Origin: Tubulanus polymorphus
Taxonomy: Eukaryota; Animalia; Nemertea
Assembly (NCBI RefSeq): GCF_964204645.1
Contig: NC_134030.1
Coordinates: 17,444,210-17,508,209 of the forward strand
DNA: 64,000 nucleotides
Reading direction: 5' to 3'
Below are positions 1-10,516 of this stretch, piece after piece; position 1 is the stretch's first letter, and each line of letters opens with the position of its first letter. A model generated the notes under the pieces. It saw only the letters and a list, made by a program, of their open reading frames with translations. It made no database searches and was not told the origin of the DNA. Made by a program: the position numbers and the translations under genes.

Positions 1-488
1 ATTTTGTTCACTGTATAGTTCTCGTATCTTTCCCTCTCCACAAACCGATTTATATACTAACATGCTAATTTTGTACATTCCTCAAATTTCTAAACGATTT
101 CCAACCTCGTGTTATGTTACCGTCTTTGGTGTGTTCAGTCCTGCTACTTCATTTCTACTCCCCCTGACCCGATATAACCTCCCCATATAAATCTATAGAG
201 TTTCATGAGAACAACTAATCGCTCTTCTTACTTTCCCACAAACTCCCACCTTGTAACCTGGTAAAATTCTCCGTAGTGTGTGGACAAGCACATGTATATT
301 GTTTGCCACAGTTCCAAACGTTACCATTCAAAGAAAGAAAAAACATTGCGTAGATGGTTCTGATGTGGGAATTGTCTACCCGTGTTTTGTCAACCGGATC
401 ACTTTGAACGTGTTGACGTACGTGTCTTCTGTCACCGCTTCCACAGCCGGAATGCCTTTTCTACTGTTACAATTTTTCTTCTTAAGTC

Positions 489-534
489 TCCCTCCCTCCC
501 TCCGTCCTTCCCTCCCTCCCTCCCTCCCTCCCTC
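489..534. repeat. (CCCT)n microsatellite
   Basis: Directly visible. Confidence 0.95.
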
Positions 535-571
535 TGGTTGACGGATATAATTATTCATTCTTCATTCACAG

Positions 572-745
572 GGTGTGCCGGGCAACGGTCGTCTTGAAAA
601 TAAAACCAATCTGATATTAATATGCACATCGCTTATATACGTGTCAAGCGTGGGCCACGCTGCGGCGAATTTTAATCAGTATGAAGATTATGCGTTTTCC
701 CCGAATTATCCGGGTTGCCTTCACGGTAAACCCCCGACCAACAAG
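572..745 (+). CDS. Lipoxygenase catalytic domain, internal exon (third from last; 5' part of gene lies outside the window)
   Basis: cacag|GGT...AAG|gtaat, 174 nt, phase 0/0. Encodes GVPGNG...SSVGHAAANFNQYEDYAFSPNYP, matching the LOX HAAxNF iron-ligand motif. Confidence 0.92.
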
Positions 746-1506
746 GTAATATATTAGCTCTAATTCTCAGAAAAAGGTAATACATGGCAAATGTATCGGT
801 AGCTGGTGGTTAGGTTTTTTTGCCGACCAATCGACAAATAAACTGTTTGTGTTGAAATGTTATTCCAGACATGTATGGCTAGGGGCATCGCAACGAGCGG
901 TAGTAATGTTTTGTTTCTGTTGAAACGTATTATGAGAATTCCTTCTTTTTCATCGTGGATGACAACCGGTGTTCTTGAGTTGTATAAGCAGTTGTAATCT
1001 ACGATAGCAGCTGCTATCTACGAAAACTTTGGTTGCGAAAAGTTAACAGTTTGGAAGTATTGTCACGAACCATGGAACCGAACTGAAGTTACATTTCTAT
1101 GTTAGAAAAAATGAAACAAGATTGTTTAACTAATGTGTTCGTAGATGGCAGCACCGCGAATGATAAAATTGAATAAACTCGTTTCACAATGCTATTAAGT
1201 CAAAATTTAAAGTTTTATAAAAACCTACTCAAATCGTTGTACCTTTAACAAGAGTGCAAGGCCTTTTCTGAAATTACTACCTTCTGAAGTAGATTTCGTA
1301 CGGGGAAATCTTAGAAAAAGGCACCCTACCAAAATGCATTTCTTTATCTTTTCCGTAAATTTCACTTTGATTTTTTCATAAGTAACATATTGATTTTAGT
1401 GCGCTATGTCGATACTTAATGTCAAAACGTCATCATTTCCTTTTAGAGTGGATATTTCATTGTCAGAAGATAACGTTGTTTCCCCGCTCATTTCTACTTA
1501 AAATAG

Positions 1507-1670
1507 GACGAGTTGACCGAACAGGATATAATTAGAATTCTACCCACTAAAGAACAAACTCTCGATATGATGGTCGTGACGAAAGTTCTCAGCAACCGAG
1601 CTACGCAGGCGCTGGGAGAATTCGAAGTGACTTACGCTCATGATCCGAAAGCTCTCGATGCAATCCTAAG
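1507..1670 (+). CDS. Lipoxygenase, penultimate exon
   Basis: aaatag|GAC acceptor in frame with previous exon. Encodes DELTEQDIIRILPTKEQTLDMMVVTKVLS...LGEFEVTYAHDPKALDAIL. Donor AG|GCAAGT, phase 2. Confidence 0.88.
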
Positions 1671-2291
1671 GCAAGTACTGTTCGCCATATTGTACATTTC
1701 AATTCACTCAGTGGGACCGGCCTTATACACACCATTACGTCAACCTGATGATTACTTCCATACAAATATGTCGAGTAAGATTTTGGTATACTCAGTTTGG
1801 CTCAGCTTTATCTAATCATATTGAGGCCTATTCAGTTCGATCCCAGTAGAGTGCAAACTAAATTGTAAAATTCTACCAGATATATATTACAAGATATATG
1901 TTTTTGGCGAGGAACATTCAGCCACAAGAACAACGACTTCACATGATAATTTGAAATAACTTATGGAACCAGTTGCACAGTCGTGGCCACAGATTTAACA
2001 CCTGCAGTCCTTGGACATTGTAGCTCATTATTTGTCAACCTAACAACAAGCCAATTGATATTACACCACTAATTGATTTATGTCTCGAAAATGAACACTT
2101 CCTCCGGACTCTCATATAAAACATGATACGTTACTAGGGGTTAATAAACTGAGGAACTGTCATGTAAACATTGAAACATAAGCATAATAAGCATAACGTA
2201 ATAATGAGGTATTACAAGCACATAAAAGAGGGCGCAACAATAACCACCGCGATACTTATTGAAAATAAATCCATTCTATAAAATTTGAACT

Positions 2292-2509
2292 GCATTTATA
2301 ATTTCTCAATCAATGTTGTAATTAATTAGGTATACAAAAATGTATTAGCTAATTAGAATAGCTATTTCGAAATTGAGCAGCCACTAGTGTCACCTGGTGG
2401 ATTATCGTTTTACAAAGCATCTATAATTTCTCAATCAGTGTATACTTTAGGTATTACAAACATGGGATTAGCTAATTAGAAAGGTTATTTCGAAATTGAG
2501 TAGCCACAA
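2292..2509. repeat. Imperfect direct duplication (~90-bp unit, ~125-bp offset) in a LOX intron
   Basis: gcat.tataatttctcaatca...attagctaattagaa...tatttcgaaattgag.agccac occurs twice. Confidence 0.75.
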
Positions 2510-3179
2510 GTAATGGTAACCATAGTTAAAAAAAAATTTTAATTACGGAGTATACGAATCTGCCCGAAGAATTCTGCAAAGCATACATATATATATATCA
2601 GTCATCCTTATCCCGTCAAAATTTGTCCGTTCCCCTCCTCTTTCAAATGCACATGAACCTGGAAAAATTTGCCTTCTCTTCGCCTTTTCTAGGAAAAAAT
2701 TTGCGCTATAAGTAATTGAAAAAGGCCTGAAACCGGTAGCAGAAAAGTTGAATATCTTTCCTACAAAATGTTTTCAGTGATCGATGGGCCTGGATTCATT
2801 AATCATTCACCATGACACAGCGTGAATCTCTATCCCGTCTCATAATCACCTGATAACACGTGATAATCAGATTTAGAAACAATTGTGATCATATGAACAT
2901 CAAATAATGATGGGAGATTTAATATTGATTTTTTGTTTTTATGTTTACCTCGGTGCATAAGCAAATCATAATGTTCTTAACATTGAAATCGTTATCATAA
3001 TTGATTATATATCGATTGAATTTTTTCCGAAAACAAATGATACGATGTGATATGAAATCACTCAATAATTATTAACGTCCGGTACATCGCGTGAAAAAAA
3101 CGATGGCGCAAATGTTAGACACTGTTTCGACCTCTCCAGACATCGTTTCTATTATGCGATTGTTTTATTTCAATTCCAG

Positions 3180-3294
3180 ATTCAAGGAGAACCTGAAATC
3201 GATCAGCGCTACTATCAAAAACAAAAACGCGACTCGCGAAATGCAATACACGATTTTAGACCCGGCAGAAATTCCTAATTCAATCAGTATTTAA
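3180..3294 (+). CDS. Lipoxygenase, terminal exon
   Basis: ttccag|A completes an AGA codon. Encodes FKENLKSISATIKNKNATREMQYTILDPAEIPNSISI*, the canonical LOX C-terminus ending in the iron-liganding Ile. Confidence 0.92.
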
Positions 3295-4557
3295 GCATAC
3301 CTTATAATCGAGATACAAGTTTCTCTAAGCGCGATACACGCTGGTGGCGGGTGAACGAGAATGAATCGAGCAGGGGTAGATCCAAGGTTGGTGCTTTGTG
3401 TTCAAAATTAGCGATATCGATCGTATCCATGATGAAACTGACATTCAATTCTCTATCGATTGCTGCCAAAAATTACTGTACGTAGGTAATGCACACATTT
3501 TTATGAATGAAATTCTTTTCTCAAAAGAATGCATTATTTCGATAGAAATATAAAGAAATTATACCTAGGAAAACACTGCGCTTGACGTCTCTGCTCATAT
3601 TTCTGGATGCACCTCTTTAAATGCCTAGGGACGATGGATTCCAAAATTGATAACATTTCTAATTTTTTTGTTTGAAATCCCAGCATCATATCCATCTATG
3701 ACTGTCACACCTCGACTCCGTGCGACGTTTCGATCATTAAATTCGATAATAATCCGTCAATCTACGTACATTATGCATCGAGGTTTTTTTTCAGTCAGGA
3801 TTTTTGCATTCAGAAATAAACTCAAATAAGAGGATGATACATTTTCGTTTATTATTAAGTTATTAGTTTCATGATTTGTATAGTTCCGATTCAATACTGG
3901 GCCGGAATTCTTTTCATGTGTACAGCAATGTTCATTCCATGGACCCATGACCGTTATTTTACTTTTCGAGTTTAGTTTAATAAAAAAGAGTATTTTGTCA
4001 TGAGTTATCTGGCCGAGTTTTCGTGCGTTTTTATTGGACCAAAAACATCGCTTTCGAAGGCGAAGCCTCGAAGCACATTAGATGAAATTACTAGATGATC
4101 CGACCATTCTCACTAGATTTTGAAATTGATTTTCAATATCGCGTACGAGTAGCTTCTACCAACAGTCCCATTCAGAGTTAGAATTTCGTTGGTTTTGAAA
4201 ACGATACGATACATTCTTGCGATATTATAGAAATGTTGGTCAAATGGGATATGGTTTACTGGACAGGTACCTCCGTGGTTATATTTCATGAGTGAAATAA
4301 TTTTAATTCAACAAAGGGGGCCCCTACCAGAGGGTTTGTAGACGCATAAAAATAAAACCAACTGCTATTTGCACGGACGTCCGCCACAACAAGACTTCCG
4401 TCAGAATTGAATTCAAACTACAGTATATTGAAATTCAAACATTAATGGGAACCCATAAGAGGTCTTATGACTTCAAATCGACGCTTCTTGCTTTTCATTC
4501 TGCATTTGTGATGGATACGCCTATAATTATTAGTTGCCTCTACGTTTTACTGATTGG

Positions 4558-4705
4558 TACGGAGCCCCGGAAGTGACGTGGTGAGAAATAAATATATTTC
4601 ATTCGTTCTAAAGAAACTATCTTTTCGTGGGAACAGAATCTTTTCGTGGGAACGAAATAATCTTTTCGTGGGTCACAATAATATTTTCGTGGGAACGAAA
4701 TAATC
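4558..4705. repeat. MITE-like end followed by ~4 tandem ttttcgtgggaacgaaataatc units
   Basis: Tandem 18-22 bp units at 4620-4705. The tacggagccccgg start resembles the TIR start of the MITE at 53943. Confidence 0.55.
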
Positions 4706-4732
4706 ATTGGATCCAGTTGCTTAGAGTCAACC

Positions 4733-5244
4733 TGTCGTGCCTTGGCTGACCGGCTACTGGCAACGATCTAAATCAACTACAACGAACGTTTCAAACACAT
4801 TATTTATTATGTATTCATGGTTTGCTACAAAGAATAAACAAACAAACATTACAGCAACAATAATTACGCTCATTTTTACATCGTGTACCACAAATTATAG
4901 TATTTGAAATAATTGATATAATCATATTTAAAGACGGGCTACTCATAATTTCATGTTCACTGTGCGTCATGTAGAGCTGACACTGAATACACAGATTTCT
5001 GATCAAACATTATATAAGCCAAAAGTTACTGAGCCGTTAAAGCATGATATAAGGCATTCGCCTACACGGAAATGCACAACTCATAAATCTATAATCCATA
5101 TCAAAAACTTGCAGAGTGTAAAAAACACAAAGAAAGTATGAAATTTCAAATCATAACAAATACAAAAACCGTAGCTAATGAATAATTTCTTATATGACAA
5201 AATCTTTTAATAATCTAATTATAAATTGAAGCTAATTTCTAACA
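4733..5244 (-). mobile_element. Putative 3' LTR of a BEL/Pao retrotransposon
   Basis: On the minus strand a purine-rich ggaggtgcta precedes TGTT at 5244. AATAAA lies near 4805 and a candidate ACA end at 4733. No second LTR is visible to confirm. Confidence 0.45.
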
Positions 5245-5334
5245 TAGCACCTCCTTGGCAACAATACAAATGTTGGCAAAATTTAACAACGCTTAGTCAC
5301 TCATGTGACGGAAAATGTACCCATGATACGGTTA

Positions 5335-5720
5335 TTATCTAATAATAATTTTGATAATAATTTTTTCCTCTAATACACAAATTTTAGATACAGGTCGTAT
5401 GTACTCAGAACCTCTTGTTTTGACCTTAAGGGCTTTAACTCGTCCATCCTTACCGGGCATAGTATTTGTTACCCTACCTAACGACCATTGTCCCCTTGGG
5501 ATATTCTTATCTCCAATTTTCACATTAGAGTTTTCAACAGTCCACTTACCTCTTACAGTGAGGAAAGGCAAGTATTCAACGATCCATCGTCTCCACAACA
5601 CATGGTCCGCCAGAACCTGACACTGCCGCCACCTTTTACGGCTATTGATCTCGTTGGTTTCAAACTTACCAAATGAGACTATTGAAGATGCTCCACCATG
5701 GGGAAAATGATTAGGGGTGA
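5335..5720 (-). mobile_element. BEL/Pao polyprotein C-terminal fragment (post-integrase, DUF5641-like), degenerate
   Basis: ITPNHF...RKRWRQCQVLADH.LWRRWIVEYLPFL...KW...IGD...PRGQWSLGRVT..PGKDGRV..LKVKT...YIRPVSKICVLE. There is a short deletion after IGD. Confidence 0.88.
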
Positions 5721-6991
5721 TGCACAGAATTCTATACCGGCCTGCCTCCACTATTTCCAATGGCCGCACAAAATCATGCCGCGGCCCTTGAGTAGAATAG
5801 TATACAAAAATGTGTACATACGAATAGAATTATTTAGAGAAAATAGAAAGAAATCATCATTAAAATTAGATTTTATCAACTCTGAGCACAATAATCCTTC
5901 CTCAGTGACAAGGAGCACGATCAGTGGATTGTTACACCGGTCACAATCCATTCCTTAGTCGTTGCTTAATAAATGTGTTGATCGGTCCCTGGCGAGAGAA
6001 CGTGTCCGTGCACAAACCCAAATAATCTTAATACGAAACTATGTACCAAATAGCGTCGCCGTGAAGAAGAATTGGGACTTGAAATGTTGTGTGGTAGTCA
6101 ATCGTTGTATATTCTCACTACGTGGCGCTGCGGACATACGTAAGAAATCAGTTTGGCTTTGGTTGAGTTGGTTAGGCCAGCTGTGCTGTTGAGTGGAGTT
6201 TATTAGTCCAGGGGAGTCAGAAAAAAAGAAAAAAAAACTTTATTGTAGGTTGTCGCTCCTTTGTGCGAGCATGCTGCGGTCCCGGTTTTCCCCATATCTT
6301 TATATTTCGGTAGTATGTCCGCACAACAGGGAGTGAGAATATTATACTGTAGAATTGCTTTGGAGCAGTAGTGTCTAGAGTTAGAATTTCTGCTTACAGA
6401 TTGGCTAAAATTTTGTCTGCCTCCGTTTGCCTCGGAAAACGGTAAAAGACAAATAGACCAACAAAAATATAACCCGTGGAATACCAGGACAAACGCAACA
6501 CGAAGCTGCGTAAACAAGAAATATGAAAATGCTAAGATTTGAGTGCTCGCGTAAAACTGCAAAAAGTAAGGTATTTGTCACACGTCCCGCACGAACGGAG
6601 CAACCTAAATCAGGCGTTGAGCGCGACTTAACTCCCCACGGAAACGAAAATGCGCTAAATAAAATCACCGGAACGGATCAGAAAACCGAAATAATAGGCG
6701 AACTCCCTGACCGATAAATCTCACAATAGTGGGACGTACTATACCGAAACACATTGGATATGGAGAACCAACAACCCTGACCTCTCGAGTTTTCTCTGCT
6801 CTAAAATTCACTTATTCATTATCACTCTTTATTAAACGTAACGATTCTTCCAATCTTTCTCACACACAGCGGACTCCGGGGTACACAGACCCCCAGCCCG
6901 CACAAAGTAGGCAACAGGACACACAGTCCTGCAACGCACGCATCCTCTAGTCCACACAAAGTGAACAGCCACACACAGTAGCCTCAAAATT

Positions 6992-7125
6992 TGTCCAAAC
7001 ACATTGGATCCGACGACCGAAGTGGGCAATCAAAATGAACGCATCTAAAAATCTGTCCAAACACATTGGGTCCGACCACCGAAGTGGGCAATCAAAAATT
7101 CTCTAAGTCCAAACACATTGGCCAT
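6992..7125. repeat. Short tandem duplication (~61-bp period, 2 copies plus a partial)
   Basis: tgtccaaacacattgg.tccgac.accgaagtgggcaatcaaaa repeated. Confidence 0.8.
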
Positions 7126-7382
7126 CCACACACAGTGGACTATCCCCTATTCCACACACTGTGGAATACCCCGGACGACAGACTCCGAACTGCAAAAAGG
7201 ATGCCCGCCATGCCACACAGTTCAACATAAGTACACACGGTCACAGAACAATGCCAAACTGTGAACCATCACAACAGTAAAAACACGTCCGACAGCGAGG
7301 AAAACCAAAGCCAAACTGATTTCTTCCGTATGTCCGCAGCGCCACGTAATGAGAATAGTACTGTATGCCTATGCAATCACAA

Positions 7383-7470
7383 AGGCCCAGTTAGTAGAAC
7401 ACATGACTTGCACCAGATGGGTCAGGAGTTCGAGTCCCGTGTACCTAAGCCTATTTTGTTTACCACCGAT
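7383..7470 (+). mobile_element. tRNA-derived SINE-like head, degenerate
   Basis: A-box-like gcccagttagtagaac and B-box-like gagttcgagtccc at tRNA-like spacing; no intact cloverleaf. Confidence 0.45.
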
Positions 7471-8039
7471 AGTTCCCGGTCCCCACGGATACAGGTCATC
7501 AAATCTCACTGACAGTCTCCACGGGCATGGACACATAGATTTTAATGGCCGCACTTAATTTCATTGCGAATAAATTGAACAGTTTGAAGTTCTGGTCAAA
7601 GGAAATAACCCGTGGCTTCCACGGGTATTACTCTAGTAAACTATAAATGCCTGAATTCTGATTGATAATACTAATATAATTGGTGTTTATTTACCTTAAA
7701 CTGTTTGTTATAGTGTCCAGCCAAGAACCACAATCCAGATCCTAATTCTCAAAATGATTTCTAGTCTACATTCCTGTTGGTAACTGTCTTCCTGAAAAAA
7801 AGAAAGTTCACAAAGAAGTGAAAAAAAAATTACATATATTATATAAAATTATATAATTATATATATATATATATATATATATACTTTCATATTTCCGAGA
7901 TACGCGCTATTTTTCAATTTAAAACCTTTGTTGTGCGCCAGATTTTTATAGCGCGTCAGCCAAAAGAACGCGCACCAGATTTTGACTTAAATCATCTTAA
8001 GATAGATGGCAGATTCGTTTTAGGGTAGTTCGCGTAATC

Positions 8040-8388
8040 GAGTTTCATACCGAAAATATATACATCGCATCGTACGGTGGTGCCTCTAGCGGCCGAATCT
8101 CGAACTTGGCGGCGCACTACTCTAGTAGGTCGTCATGCGCTATGAAAATAGTTCTAAAATTAAGCTGTCACTCACGCAGTTCTAAAAAGTTTTCAGCGGC
8201 TAAATTACCCTACAGCGATCTACGTTTTCCAACAAAGCGGTGTGAAGAAAATGTAGCACCTAAGAACGAAGTCGGATAACTCGAATCAGAGCCGGTGAAT
8301 TGAATTGAATTGATCACCAAACCGTTGATAATGGCGGCAGCTGTTCTCCTTGAATTTTGCTAAATTTCGTTGGTAGGCCTAATCGCAG
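8040..8388 (+). promoter_or_regulatory. Putative CpG-richer promoter and first (non-coding) exon of the satellite-hosting unit
   Basis: Local CpG enrichment, YY1-like ataATGGCGGC at 8328-8338, donor gcag|GTAGGT at 8389 (alternative ttg|GTAGGC at 8373). The ATG ORF closes after 10 codons. Confidence 0.5.
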
Positions 8389-8825
8389 GTAGGTTAGAAG
8401 TGTCTCTTCTTATTCATGTAATGTAAAAACGTCTTTCATCCGAACCGGTGGTCCGTGGTACCTTGAGAAAGCAATTATTCCCCATTTAGGGCCGAATTCG
8501 CCGAGGCCTTTTTTGGTTAGAAGAAGAGATTATCCTCAATCTAATTCTATCTAGTAAAGTAGAGAAGAGAGTGAGAGAGTGGGTACCGGCTATCAAGTAA
8601 GCCGCAATGTTGCTTGCCGTATCAGATCCCATTATTGTAACCTAAAGTCTATTTGTTTTCGATTGGCAGTGATCTTTTTGGGATACCTATAGGCCTATCA
8701 CTTAATTTTCTGGGTAGGCATAATCATCGAAATACAGTCGAAGTCAAGTCTATCTTAAATAGGCCTAGCCCTAGGCCTAGTTCTAAAATCCTGTTTGTCG
8801 GCTGTTCGTTCTTGTCTATTCATTA

Positions 8826-9360
8826 ATCTGATTGGTGACTGATTGTACTCGACGAAAATGTCTACAATCCTGATTGACGACCAATTCTACTCGTCGACAA
8901 TGTTTACAACCCTGATTGTGAAAATCAACTGATGGAGGTAGGTGACCCTCGATCCCAGCCACTTTATAGACCCTATAAGGTTAATCCACACACACACACA
9001 CACAGCCTTACACACAGAAATTGATTTACAGTCAGGATTGCAGAGAGTGTCGACGAGAAGAATTGGTAAGAATCAGGATTGTAGACAATGTCGATGAGTA
9101 GAATCAGCCAAAATTTGTCGACCAATTCTACTCGTCAACACTGTCTGCAATCATTTGATTAACAGTCAATCAGGATTGTTGACATTGTCGATGAGTAGAA
9201 TCGGACGACAGTCAGATTGTAGACATTGTCGACGGATAGGCTAGAATTGGTCGACAATCAGATTGTAGACATTGTCGACAGTAGAATTGGTCGACAGGTA
9301 GAATCGGTCGACAATTAGATTGTAGACATTGTCGAGGAGCAGAATCGTTCGAAAATCAGG
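8826..9360. repeat. Mixed-orientation ~40-bp SalI-rich tandem repeat with internal (CA)n
   Basis: tcgacaatcagattgtagacattgtcgac..gtagaattgg and its reverse complement alternate. Confidence 0.8.
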
Positions 9361-10418
9361 AACCGAACCACTCACTTCATAAAAGAAAACCCACCATGAC
9401 ATAACTATATTGACCTAATCCGGAGTTGAACCGACACCATCTGCAGCCTAAAAACTGGCCCGATCATATTCAAGATGGGCGACTGGCAGCCATTGTTGTT
9501 TGCCGAAATCCGCACTTTTCAGTAGTTTTTAGACCACTTGGACTTGAGTTTATTGCGTTCACTTAAAGTTTTCGTTTGTGCTTAGGCCTATGCGGGTCAA
9601 TAGTTGGACTCCAGCTATTTAAGAATTGGAAGAAGTTTCAATTGATCGTTTAGGAATTGAAATTCAACATGCATCTAGGCCTACCGTAGATACATCTTCA
9701 GTCGAAAAAATTGGCACGGTCAGAAACAAGATGGCCAACTGGTGGCCATTTTGTTCACTGAAATCAGCACTTTTTAAACATTTTTGATGTTTTCAAGGCA
9801 AATGTTGAAATCGATTCATCGTTTGTCTTAATCTTTCAGCGATAATTGTATCCCCCCAAGGCCCATCAGCATAAGGCAAATTGAGTCGAGTGGATGTGTG
9901 GTGGTGGTCATTTGCCCAAAAAGGTCAATTTTGCTCTGAATGCTGAGACAGCAGCTTCCTAGTGGTTTTGCATTTTTTATTAGAATCTGCACCGTAATGG
10001 ATATTCTTTGAGAAGAGATCATATTAGGCCTAGAGCGCTTTTGCAATCAGTCAATTATCGTGCAATTGGCCACCATCTTAAGTGTCATCAGTCTTGAAAA
10101 TGACATCTGTTGAATTTCGATCACAATTTTGTTTCCACAATCAATTGTTAAATTGTAAGCTTGTGACATGTTCTAAGATTATGGTTTCAATTAAGCACAG
10201 TATCTGCTCTCATGGCTCTGGCAGTTTGATAAGTAACTATGAGGAAGTCTCATTTGATTTCCTTCTGTATGAACAATGTTGTGCACTTCGGCCTATATTG
10301 GTAGGCCTACATGTAGGCCTATATGATGATTGACCATCATCAAGCTCTATGCAATTTTGTAATTTCCATCGTTATCATTAAGGTGCCTATGCTAAATCAA
10401 TTTTTTTTACATTTTCAG

Positions 10419-10516
10419 AATGAACAATGAAGAGATCAAAAAGATCGGAAGGGAAAAGGTCTTGTCACCTCTCCCAAAACACAATTTCGACGTGAAAGTT
10501 GTCAGCCATGAAATAG
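10419..10516 (+). other. Exon 2 of satellite-hosting unit; carries the only open frame (ATG 10420, MNNEEIKKIGREKVLSPLPKHNFDVKVVSHEI)
   Basis: Strong acceptor ttttttttacattttcag| and donor ATAG|gtaagt; the other two frames are closed. Confidence 0.65.

Noticed and set aside
1140-2400. CTCF-like motifs (tagatggcagca ~1142, ccaccaggtgac reverse ~2388; also ~52597)
   Set aside because: Short degenerate matches are expected by chance; not supportable without ChIP or PWM statistics.
7383-7470. Functional tRNA gene (also 54835-55090 and ~57000)
   Set aside because: Only A/B-box-like fragments; no acceptor or anticodon stems.
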